64,000 nt of DNA from Octopus sinensis (taxonomy: Eukaryota), in the NCBI RefSeq assembly GCF_006345805.1, contig NW_021832227.1, forward strand, positions 310,001 to 374,000, in the 5' to 3' direction. How positions within the stretch are numbered: position 1 is the first letter of the stretch; each line of letters opens with the position of its first letter. The position numbers and the translations under genes are program-made. Positions 38,268-49,689 of this stretch are shown here, in pieces. Below the pieces are notes generated by a model that searched no databases, was not told where the DNA came from, and was given only the letters and a program-made list of their open reading frames with translations.

Positions 38268-38445
38268 TGGAAGATACGTTGCATTTATACGTTGCGTTTC
38301 GACTACAACAATACAGTATACTCGAAACGATTGTTATTTTAAGAATGATTTTTATTTTCATTTTGACCTAGAAAAATAGAATATATAATGAGTTTATTGG
38401 AGAAATTTACCCAACAAGAAAGAAGAGGAAAAGTCAGAAAAGTAG
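38268..38445 (+). repeat. Dispersed ~170-bp repeat, second copy at 56715-56868
   Basis: Shared aagatacgttgcattta..ttcgactaca..cagta.actcgaaacgattgttatttt..ttttgaccta..tttattgga..gaaaagtca. Confidence 0.75.
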
Positions 38446-38692
38446 GGTTTAGAGGGCATGAGGACAACAAGGTTCTTATCTGTGGTATATAGAAAACATT
38501 TTTTGCAGAAGCTTTTTTCAAATTTTTAAAATCATTCCTGGCATTCCCTAAAAAATTTCTAGCATCCAGAATTGGGGAACACTACTCTAAAGGGTAGACT
38601 TGCTTGAGTTGGAAATCCTACCAAATCCAAAGGGTGGAAGATAAAAAAAATTATAAAGCGAATAAATCTTTGAAATTTAAATTACTCTGTAT

Positions 38693-39579
38693 TTAGATAT
38701 AATTTTCAATCATTTCTAAATTTTCAGACTCTCGGGTTGCATCAATAATAGAAAAGGTCAGTGCGATGGAAATGCGTCTCAGTTCTGAAACAAACGTGAG
38801 GTTAAACGCAAGACATAAAAGCAGAGTCATAACTTCGCAAAATCCAGCAAAAGACCAAAATTTTTTATTCTGTGGTAAATTGACAGAAAATCGAAACCTG
38901 AGATATTCCGTCAATATCTACCATCGATGTCCCAAAAAAGGCTAAAATATGGATAATCGAATATTCTTACTTATAATACCTCCCAAAACAACGAAAATTG
39001 TTATCACAATTCTCCAAAATGTCGCCTTTCCGTCCTGCTTAGACACCCTTCCCAAATACGTTTGCAAAATACAGTAAACGGGCTGACTTGTGAAAACAAT
39101 AATCGCAGCCACATAATGTCCAGTTTTCATTGAGCTAGACTAAGACATTAAGACTTAACCTAACTTTAAAATTAGCAGTTAAAAAAGTCCCAATCGACAC
39201 CATAAATCCCACAAAAAATGCAAATCTGTTAATTTTTTGAAATAATGAATTCCTCGTAGAAATTCGGCTCTTTATGTAAATGTAACGAAGGAAAAATGTA
39301 AAAAAACCTCAACATTAAATAACAGATTATCACTTATTATAGAGATTATTATGAGGGAAATTGAGAAAAGAATACTTCCAAAACCAGCGTCCGTTACTTC
39401 ACTAAAATATTTAATTATCAAAATTAGGACCTTAGATATGGAAAATATCCATTTGAGTTGTTATAAAATAGAAAGGTTGGATAGATCAATGCTAATGATA
39501 CAACAAAGATCACAAAGATTAAATATGGAGCTAAATACAACTTAGAAGTTTTAAATGAATGTAAATTGTGACTCGCCAT
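38693..39579 (-). CDS. DRAM/TMEM150 (Frag1/DRAM/Sfk1 family) membrane protein
   Basis: Five mini-introns (25-29 nt) give one frame: YFPYLS|EVT..FLRYIYIK..NRFAFFVG..ANFK|..GHYVAAIIVF..YCILQT..FWRI..CEV..LTFVSELRRISI, matching the family's PYIS, ANFQ, H..GA, QT and EW..F.LTF motifs. Confidence 0.85.
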
Positions 39580-40456
39580 GGAAAGACGAATACGCAACCT
39601 AAATGAATAATAAATTTTTATTAAATTTGTAATATCAATTTTTTTAAAAAATTTAAAAAAATATAATCAAATGAATTATATACTAGACGATCAATTTTTA
39701 ATGTCTTACCAGATGTTTTAGGTATATTGATAAAACTTAACATAACTACGGATTATATAAAATAATTAGAAACCTTATTTAGATTCAAATCACGGCTCAT
39801 TTTTTATTAATGATTATTCTGAAATTTCTATTTTTGTAATTAAATGAGTTTAAAGGGGTTTAAAAATAAAAACAAATACGTCATAGATTTTTCCATAAGA
39901 GTACAGGCCTCAATAAATCACATATATTACGTCATATCTAAAATCATTTTTAAATCCAGGTGGGCTGTTACAAATCTTCGTCACTTGTCACATATTTGTA
40001 AACGTTTGTAAACTATCAAAAATAATTTAAAGTTTATCAATATATCATGATTGAAATACCTCAAATGATTAAATTATCATTAATTGATTTAAAATTAGAT
40101 CGAATCAGCTAATTAGGGTCATTAATAATTTTTCTTCCATTACTAAGCTGCAGAGGCAAGAAAGTTAAATAATTGACAATATAAAACAATTTTTGGATAA
40201 ATTTACAACTTTAAGCCACTATTAAGAAATAAGATTAATAAATCTTGTTTTAAAATTTTTCAATATCAATTTTATTAAATCTTAACAAAAAATGCAACTC
40301 CAGATACTTTTTCCTATAAATTAAAATAATCAAATATTTTTTTACAATTTTAGAACCATCGAAAATTTCTTTAACATTATTCAGGTTTGTCAATTTCAAA
40401 CAAGTATTATTTTTTTGCTTTTTAATTTTTAAATTATTTATCCTGCAAGAATAAAA

Positions 40457-42424
40457 TCATTCAAAAAACTTTTTTATATTCAACACGTCAGATTCCAAAC
40501 AATGCATTTGATTCTTAGATTTTTTTATCTTAACTAAAAAATTATTATTGTCAACCTTTAGAGGAAGATTTGGAGAGGTTTTTTTATTTAAGTGGTTAAT
40601 TTCTGAAGTATTTTTTCTTTCTGATTCTAATTCTTCGACTGCTTTCAGCTTTAAAAAGTTGTTTAAAACTAAGTTATAATTAATAATAAGAACAGTTCTT
40701 TGAATTGATTCTCTTTTCATTGGCCTTTTTTCTTTGAACTGCCACACATTTTGACAAGCAATGCTTTACACCTAACAAATTTTTATATTTGGAATTTGGA
40801 AGACGAGAGCAAGCGTTAATTCCATAGTAATCGAGAATAGATAAACCAATTTCTTTACCAATCTGTACAATCAATAAAATTCATTTTTTTACTTGACTGA
40901 AATCATTTTTTGTAAATTTCTGTCCCATTATTAGCGGAAATTCGTTTGATATGCGATTTGTGTTATAATTGCATTCGAATGTATAACTACGTACTATTCC
41001 AATGGACTGATAAAGTGACACTCGTCCAGATCCCTGTCGAGATTGACCTCTTCCATCGCTACAGTTCATCATACGCTCAGAGAAATTACAGCTTTCCATG
41101 TCAAAATAAGGACAATTTATTGATATAAGTTTTGCCAACAACATGTTATCAATCTATAATTTGAATAATACTTTAAAACCTGTGTTTTTTCATCTTTAAA
41201 ATAATTTCCATATAAAAAGCAGCCTCGTTTCGATACGTGACCATGAAAGTCTATGTAGAAAGCTATTCCACTTTCATTAGACGAAATAGTTAATAGCTCG
41301 GGATGATTTAGATCGTCACTCGATTGAAGAAATTCGTCCATTTCATTATCATCTTGATATTGTGGAAAAACTTTGTTTAATAATTTTGAAACACTTAATT
41401 TTGATAAAGATGAATTTGCAATGTGATGATATATCGCAAGACTTTTTACAGAGTAAATTGATGGATGAATGAGAGGGTCGGGATTATTGTAAACTCTGTT
41501 CAAATTTGACCCCAAGCAATCCATTCTATAATTTCCAACTAAAATTCCATCGGGATTAAGCATTGGCACAATTTTAAACACAAACTCCTTGCGTAGTCTG
41601 GCAGCATTTTTATCGTTTGATAACAAAAATCGTACAAGACCTAAGAGAACAAGGCTCCCCGGGGTTTCTCCGGGATGCACCCGGGCACTTAGAAGAATCA
41701 CTTTTTTATTGAAAGCTGCGCATCGGGGAATTTTATTATCAAAAATTCTGCAATTGAATCTTTTTTCTTTTTCTTTTTTGAAACCATTTTGTCCACTTAT
41801 TGTAATTAAGTCAACATTATTCCCTCCAAGTGAATAACAGAGAACTTCTCTGTGAAAGTAAATAGATGGATGTTTTGAGTATAATTCTTGTAATCGAGCA
41901 AAAAATGTTTGGTCATCTTCGTAGGTCCATGGATATGTAAATGCAAATTCAGTTGAAGAACTAAACTCTTCGGGAAATGTATAAGTAAAATATAACGAAA
42001 ATCCTTCTTTGCTCGGCTAAAAATGAAATATAATAAATATAGATTTATACTTCAAAATCTACATTTGATTGAATTCTTTCCCACGTAGATTTGCATGGTA
42101 GATTACGCACCATCGGTACATGACCAAGCTGAAATAATTTTTTTTGATTTTGCATATTCATAATTTTAAGAGAAATTTTCTGCAGTGGCTGATAACAACT
42201 TACAGAAAAATAAAACCAGGTTCTTTTTTAATCTTTTAAAGCTAAATATACCTATTATTTGTTTCAAATGGAGTCCCTTCACAGTCTTTGTTGAGCCACA
42301 ATGCAAAATAATGAGTTTGATTATTCAAACTATCGTCTTCCGTATGATTTAGGAACTCGACTTTCTTCAAGTTCCCAGATTGTATTTTTGAAGAAAATTT
42401 CAAGCCTTCGCAAATAGTTTCCAT
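40457..42424 (-). CDS. AGBL5: Cytosolic carboxypeptidase 5 (tubulin deglutamylase)
   Basis: METICEGLKFSSKIQSGNL start; SARVHPGETP, PMLNPDG, NLNRVY, ESGIAFYIDFHGHVSKRGCFLYGN, CNFSER..GSGRV..SYTFECNYNT. Zinc ligands HxxE and H intact. Confidence 0.92.
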
Positions 42425-43080
42425 GATCTATTAACAGAATGAATTTTCATAGCAACAAATTATTTAAATAAAATGTTAAACATTTATATATAATATAAGT
42501 AACTAATAAAGTTAGTACTTCTTTTTTAAAGAAAATCTTCAATTGAACGCTGATGAATGTTTTAGCAAATCTTGTTATAGCAATTCCGCATTTTTTATAG
42601 TTTTTATTCAAAAAAAGCAATAACAACAGCACGTCCGCGTTGCTATAAGCACGTAAGTGTCTAAGGTTTCCCTTGAAACAGCAACAGAATTTGTATTCAA
42701 GAGCAAGAACAAGTAAGTTAATTATTTTAATTAATTCAAAATTGAGACATGAATTCAAAACTCTCTTGTCTTTTAAGTTTCTTTTCATTGATGTACGGCT
42801 GATGAATACTAGAAATCTCATAATATTCCACCCCAAATCCATCCATATTAGAAATCCCTATGTAAAAAAATTATCTATGACGGCGTAACTCGTCAAACAC
42901 GAACAAAGCTTCCGACACGGACAGCCACTATAAGTCGAACCGGCAAAGTTAGCAAGGTAAATTTACTAAAAATGGTCACTACTGATAGAAAAGTTATACT
43001 TCATCTACAACTGAGTGCAGTTTTAAGAATTATTAATTAATACTTGAAAATATGTTATCATGAAATAGAAATTGGATGAG

Positions 43081-43521
43081 TTAATGAGTTTTAATAATAA
43101 AATAAATATCGGCTACAAAAACGACAGCAGCCAATACGAGACCATAACACAGTTTCTAAAATAAAATTATAGAAATAACCCTCAATAAATCTGTTTCGCC
43201 AAAGAGCAAATTTGCTGCAAAAAAACCAAAAAAAAATCCAGACAAAACAGTTGTGATAAAATTAAAAAAACTTACAAAATGCCTATCGATTACCTTTACT
43301 AAAAACGTTATAAAATTGGCAAAAACTGTCTTGAACAAGTGGAACAGATTTATTTCTCTGCGGTCTGACATTGCTTGTCATTTTCTTATATTCTCTTTCT
43401 AATTGCCGTTTCTTAAAGTCAATCAATCTTTTTTCAAGCTCAGGATTCTTAATTTTATTATTTTATATCTTTAAACTACCTCCCTGCGAAGATCCGCGAA
43501 AGGATCACTCAAATCCTGCAT
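43081..43521 (-). CDS. TMEM199: V-ATPase assembly factor TMEM199/Vma12
   Basis: Introns 43448-43479, 43299-43326 and 43156-43179 give NPELEKRL..EYKKMTSNV..FNFITTVLSGFFFGF..GLVLAAVVFVADIYFIIK. About 116 aa, so the N-terminus may be shortened or upstream exons missed. Confidence 0.85.
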
Positions 43522-43659
43522 ACCTCACCACAATTATTTTATTAAATTATATATCATTATCATAATATTTAAGTTTATTATAATTCAAATAATCTTAAAA
43601 ACAAATACTATAAATTTGAGAAACATATTAGCCTCTGGTCTCTAAAAATACTAGAGAGC

Positions 43660-44220
43660 TTCTACATGCAAGATTCTGAGATAAATGAAAAGCAATTCCT
43701 GCTAAAAAACAAAATTTCAAAAGTGAAAAATAAGTCAACAATAATACAAAATCAAATAGAGAATCATTGACAAAATTTAAATAATTTACTGTACATTATT
43801 GAATTATATTGATTTTCAATACTTTGATTTTCTTCCAAAAGCAGCTAAGAAATCATAAAAAGAAAAAATACAAAAACTGTTCTATTCAAATAATCCAGAC
43901 GATTAAGGCCCGAAATAATGTTAAATGCCTCTGAAAGTTTTTTTGTATTTGATTTTAGTTTCTATGAGAATATTAATTTATGATATACCAAAGCAATAAT
44001 CTTGAGATGGCTCAGTCTTTGCCTTAAAAATTCAACTTTAGGTTTGAAACTCTCTGCAATGTCTTTTTGAACGTAAAGTTGGTTAAGAATTTTCGAATCT
44101 TTGTTATTACATGGAGCTTCAAATATTAATTGACCTCTAATGAATTATAATAATTGATTACATCGAGTCTTCAACGTTATCTTCACAAATAGTAGATTCA
44201 GAATCAATTTGTTCGCACAT
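43660..44220 (-). CDS. Spliced orphan, coiled-coil-like
   Basis: ATG 44220; three GT-AG introns (24, 27, 32 nt) keep one frame: MCEQIDSESTICEDNVEDS|IGQLIFEAP..LKIIAL|KLKS..LNRT|LLLEENQ. 3' end uncertain. Confidence 0.55.
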
Positions 44221-44449
44221 ATACTATTATAAATTACTTTACACCACCAAACAATTTCAATTTTAAGCCGCCCTTTATTTTTATAAAATATATCAAATTC
44301 ATTTTAAATAAAAAATACTAAAATCATTAGCTAAAATACATATCTTATATCTTTAGATTTTTTATTCAGAAGGCCTTTGATTTAGTCTCCAGAAAGATAC
44401 TGACTCAAAAAATATTTGATCTATCCATCGACTCGAACATAAAACTTTG

Positions 44450-45414
44450 GCTTTCGAATTTCCTTAGCGGAAGGAGAGGGCGTGTATGCCTGAATGGAAT
44501 CATATCAATCTCAAGATTGCTCCCAAATGATGTTCCCCAAGGCTCCCCCTTTTTCCTGCTCTATTCAATTTATACCTATCCGGCATTCCTAATCCTGAAA
44601 TGGAAAACTCGATCATTTTCGCCTACGCCGACGATCTACTCATTGGATCACGTGATCAAGACTTCTCGAAAGCTGCCAAAAGAGCACAAGATCTCTTGTT
44701 ACAAATTCAAACTTGGCTATATCAAAACAGGATGGCATCTCCCCCGAAAAATCATCCATTACTCTATTTACGTCGGACAAGAGACTCGGAAGATGTACCT
44801 TTGATCTTTTTTCTGGACAACGAAAAGATCCCATTCACGAAGAACCCTAAAATTCTGGGGGTCACTTTTGACACCCACATGTGTTTTACTGCCCATCTAG
44901 AGAAGGCCACCGGATCCAGTCAGAAAAAGATTAAACTAATCAAATCGATATTTGGCGTACTAAAGAAACCGTTCCCGGATCCCGACACTCTTTACAAACA
45001 ATTCATCGAACCGACAATTGGCTATGCCTGCGCCGCATGGAATACTAATCTCTCATGGTCTAACCGCCTTAAAATTGAGACTACACTATGCCGAGCCGTG
45101 CCGAGCATAACGAAAATTTCCAATTTGAACAACATTATTCCAACTCCGCTTGACCACCTAATTAAGAAAGACGGAAAGGGCTTCTTTGCCATTCAACAGG
45201 ACCACCTGCCAAAAGACCAAGACCTTAGCAACCAGAAGCACATCACCCCGATTCAATTCCTCACAAAAACTGCTCTCCGCCCGTCTCACACCTGCGTTGG
45301 GTCCAGAGTCCAACATCGGGAAAACCTGAGAAAGATCTTGAGGATTGTTGGAATCACCTAATTAATTACCCTAATTAACTGTTGGTGATTCTTGGGTTAA
45401 AATAAATAAATAAA
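44450..45414 (+). mobile_element. jockey/I-like LINE, 3' RT portion with (AATA)n tail
   Basis: VPQGSP, AYADDL, KILGVTFD, LYKQFIEPTIGYACAAW; tail aataaataaataaa at 45401-45414. Confidence 0.88.
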
Positions 45415-45630
45415 GATTTTTTATGCAATATGAAGCCGGAAGATTCTACAGAATGATGTGCTAAACTATAAGCAAGAACCAATTATTCAAAGAATTAGAG
45501 CAATTATTTCAAGTAATGATGTTAGAATTGTGTTATTTGTAGTTCTAAGTGTTAAATTAAGTTTTATCGGTTTGAGGTTTTAACTCTTCATATTTGTCAT
45601 CTTTAGACATTCTTTTTAGTTTTTTATTAT

Positions 45631-47452
45631 TCACGGATAATTCTGTTTTGTTTCCAATTGAATTGGAATCATATGTTGCTTGAATTTTTTTTTGAATTCG
45701 ATTTTCTAATTCACTTTTGCTGAGAGGTCTAATTTCATAGTGAGAAACATTGTCGTCTAAAATTTTTAAAATAAAAATTTTTAACCATCTCCTTGAATAT
45801 CAATATTTGGCAATTGTGGAGGACTTTGTTGAGATCTGATAGATTTTTTTGCAGAAATCGGAATATTTCTTTTAGAATGTCCTATCTCTTTCACTTGAAT
45901 GGCATTGCTAATGATTATTAATTGATTAAGTCGTTTTTCAATGGCTTGCATATATTTTACAACGTTTTTCTTCGTAATTTTATCTAATTCACCGAATGAA
46001 TTTGGTGGCATGTATTTATTGCAGTCCATGCATCCAAATAGGCTTTCAATTTCTTAAAATTATAAATATTTTAAATTCAAGTTACCATTGATAAAAATTT
46101 CAGTTGAATTTCCAATTTTCTCTATTTCTTGTTTGTATGTATCATTTACATTTTTAAATCGTGATAATTGAGATTCCATTGCAGTCAATTCATTTTGGCG
46201 TTTTTGTTCTAAATTATTAAATTCTTTTTTAGAAATTTCCGTATTTTTCGTAATCTATTATAAAGTATGAAATTTTACTTCTTCAATTTCATTGGCTAAT
46301 TTGTCCAAATTGCTGTTTTGTTCATTTACAAATTTGAAAAGAACAAAATTAGATTCTTCTTTTTCATCAAATTTTTTGATTATTTGTTCGACATTGTCAG
46401 TTTCCATTAATTGAATTATTTTCATTGAAGCTTCTTCTAATGTAGCGGGTGAATCCTTTTCGCTTAATTTTTTATGTTCTGCTTTAGAGACTACACAATA
46501 GGTAATTTATCTACTCACAAACCTTTTTCCTGTCTCCATGCAACCATTTGACTATCATCGTGTCTTTCTGCTGTTTTGTCAGACATGAATTTCTTTAATT
46601 GTTTTTCATGTTCTATAATTCGACTGAGTTCTTTCATTTCCGCTAAATGCTGTTTTTCGTCTCTTTCGCACTTTTCTTTCAGATATTGCGTTTTTGTAGA
46701 ATAGTCATCTCTTTACATATTAAATGAATTATTTAAACTTTGTTTCGAGAGCAGAGGTAGATGCTGCAATGGCTTGATTAATTTCATTTCGACAATTTGT
46801 GATAGATTCCGCGATTTTAACTCTGTGAGCTTCGAATTTCTTTTGCTGAAAACATAAATCTGCCAAATGGCGTCGATTGTTTTTGTTTTTTGTTAACGAA
46901 GTTCCATAATCCTAATAATTTTTATTGCTATTGTAAACGTTAATCATTTTTTGAAGTCTTGATTCTAGATTTCTTATTTTGTTTTTAGAAGTTTGATTTA
47001 TTAACTTCTTTTCTGTGCGGTTTATATTTTCTTGTCTTTCTAAATCAGCAATTACTTGATTTAGTTCTTTCTGCTTTTGCACTTCGTCGGAAATTTCTTT
47101 TTCTTTTCTTTCTAACAATAAGTTTTCTTATAGACCTATTATTAGTAAAAGCGCTTTGATTTCATCTATTATTTTATTATCCATCATTTCATTTTTTGCT
47201 GACTGTGTTAGATAAAGATTTGCATTTAGTTCACGTTTTTCATTTTCGAGAAAAGCTAACTCATTCCTAAGATAAGAAACTAAACAGACTTAATACTAAC
47301 ATTTGACGAAATAATATTTTTCTATTTGCAATAGTTGAAATTGATTTACTTCCATCAATGATATGATATTGTTTAAGCAACTTTTCAAGTTCCTCTTGCC
47401 TTAATTCATCAACGTCAAGGTTTGGTGTGTTTGATATAGATTTCATCAACAT
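45631..47452 (-). CDS. Outer dynein arm docking complex subunit, ODAD1/CCDC114/CCDC63-like
   Basis: Multi-exon coiled coil: N-terminal ELEKLLKQYHIIDG, C-terminal ITKKNVVKYMQAIEKRLNQL, and RPLSKSEL after an intron, resembling family motifs EL.KLQRQFRIMEG, VT..N...YLG.IEQ..NEL and RPLT.EEL. Confidence 0.7.
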
Positions 47453-47559
47453 AATTGGTTTTATCACTGTTACAGTCTTATAAAATTATATAATTCCATG
47501 GCAATACTATTCAAATATTAAAATACAAAAAATTTAATGTATATTATTAAATAATACCC

Positions 47560-47990
47560 TGGAGATTATGCGGAATTTATATTAGAATAAATTATAAAAA
47601 ATTCTTTGATTCCGTCCCAGGTCATAACAACAGGGATGATGTCCACTTTTACCCGGCTAATTATTTTAACATTATTTAACCATTTTAGGCATGGATTTAT
47701 TTTACTGAATTTGAGATTTATTTTTTAATATCTTTCAGAACTGGCCTCGTTGGACTGAATGTAGAGAAATTTTATTACTTTAAGCTGATTTTTTATGGAT
47801 TAACTATTTTAAAGTTGAATAATTTTTTGTTATTTGATTGTTCCGTAATTCTTTGTGAACGATTATTTTGTGGTTATCTGTGAATATTTTTAATATAAAA
47901 TTATCCACGAGAAGACTTGTACAAAGACCTTCAAACTATCTCCTCAGCTTGATGTAAACAGATTAATCGATTTATAATCATAATCTATAG
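47560..47990 (-). mobile_element. R4/HERO-like RLE remnant
   Basis: VKVDIIPVVMTWDG plus a degenerate EEIV.RSL segment. Confidence 0.6.
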
Positions 47991-48129
47991 CTATAAGAAA
48001 AAGAATTGTATAGTTGTTAAACAACATAACCTTTCATTGATTATTCTGAAATGAAATACAGTAGAAATCGGTTAATTGCATAAAATTTTGCGTGGACAAA
48101 TGTTTTAATAAGGAAGAAAAGAAAATAAT

Positions 48130-48700
48130 TAAAAACGTTTAAAAAAATTATTAATTTTAGACTGCTTAGGCCGGTTTTTTCTAGTTCATGAAAGTTGTCC
48201 ATATCTATTTCACTTGTTAAATAGCTGTTAGTAAGAAACTGGCGTATCAATCTGATGCACCCATAGCTTTCGAACTGGTTATTTTCATGGGTATGAAATC
48301 TTCATTATCCTCATCATCTTCACAAGAAATATCTCTTGACATTAAACATATTTCATCATCGGACATGATTCCGATACATTCGTCGTCCTCATTAGCAACA
48401 TCCATTGCTATTTCATTTTCAATATTACTAAATTCTTCCCAGACTTCTTCATGGAATATGTCTTCGCCGACTTCCTGATAGAATCCAGCCTTACGAAAAC
48501 AGTTGTATTGTTTTTTATTAAACATCTTAAAAAGCAATCAAAAAATAGCTAGATTTAGCACCTTTGAAATCATTTTAAAAATTTAGGTTTGTTAGCATAA
48601 GAAAATTAAAAATCTTTTATTGAAAATTTGCGAATTGACTTAACAATCCCAATAATGGAGCCAGTCGCCCATTTAATCATTTACCACAATACGTCATTAA
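48130..48700 (-). mobile_element. Tigger/pogo transposase C-terminal remnant
   Basis: NCFRKAGF..W..SDDEI..acidic tract..SKAMGA pattern typical of Tigger C-termini. Confidence 0.6.
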
Positions 48701-48851
48701 TTTTTCGGACACGCGTCACTTGATAACAAAAGGTCTGGACAATAGCTAACAACTTTATTAGTACTGAGAATAGTTCGCAATATAAGGAATAATAAGGATG
48801 TTATAAATAATGCACATATTATTGAATTTTTCTAATCAAAGTAAAATCTAA

Positions 48852-49381
48852 TTAATGATTTCCAATTAAGGATTTGATGTGAACCCGGACACCGTGCATC
48901 TGAGGAATTTTTGGAATAACAACAAGCAGCATGAATGCAGAATTAACCAAAAAATAAAAAAAAGAGTCTTTCGTGTAAAATGAGGTCAATAGAAATCTTA
49001 GAGAATATTAATGTAAAAAAATTACAGAATAATTGGCATTACAGAAAGGAATTTTCGAGTAAATGTAAACTGTCTCCCATTATTAATCTGTTCCCATTGA
49101 GTCAGGTAGAAAGAATCGGTGTTATCATGCGGAGACAACCAAGGGGAACCAAGCAAGTAATGGAAAGTGTAAAATGTAATCTAAGTATATATAAATTGAA
49201 ATAATTAACTAACAAGACTATGAATAGCATTGGTTAGTGTCCAAGCAAATGCGACTGAAAAAACAGGAATGCTAATGCATAAGAAGTGAACAAGTGTCAG
49301 AACAATAATATATGCGATAGGAAATCCATTATATTCAAATACAGTTGAATTGAAATTTATTTCATCAAAACTCGATCCCAT
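48852..49381 (-). CDS. ORMDL: ORMDL sphingolipid biosynthesis regulator
   Basis: Introns of 33 nt (49181-49213) and 29 nt give EINFNST..SIPVFSVAFAWTLTN..LTQWEQINNGRQFTFTRKFL..IPKIPQMHGVR. Confidence 0.93.
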
Positions 49382-49689
49382 GTTCTGGAACACAACAACT
49401 AGTTTAAACAAATATTTGATATAAAAATAAAAATATAATTTAATATTTTTTATATAATATTACTTTAATATTTTTTTATCTCCTAAAAAGATCCCCAGTA
49501 TCTGCTTGCTTCAATAAGAAACTTAAATTTAGTATTGAAATTGCAAAATAGAGCTTAAAATACCTTTATCCAATTTAAATGATTTTATCAATGATAAATG
49601 CGGTTTTGCGCAGTTGCCAAAGTAGTCGCAAAGTATGGAACATCATTATCATCTCAATAATCGGTAATATGTTACCACAATGTTGTTTT

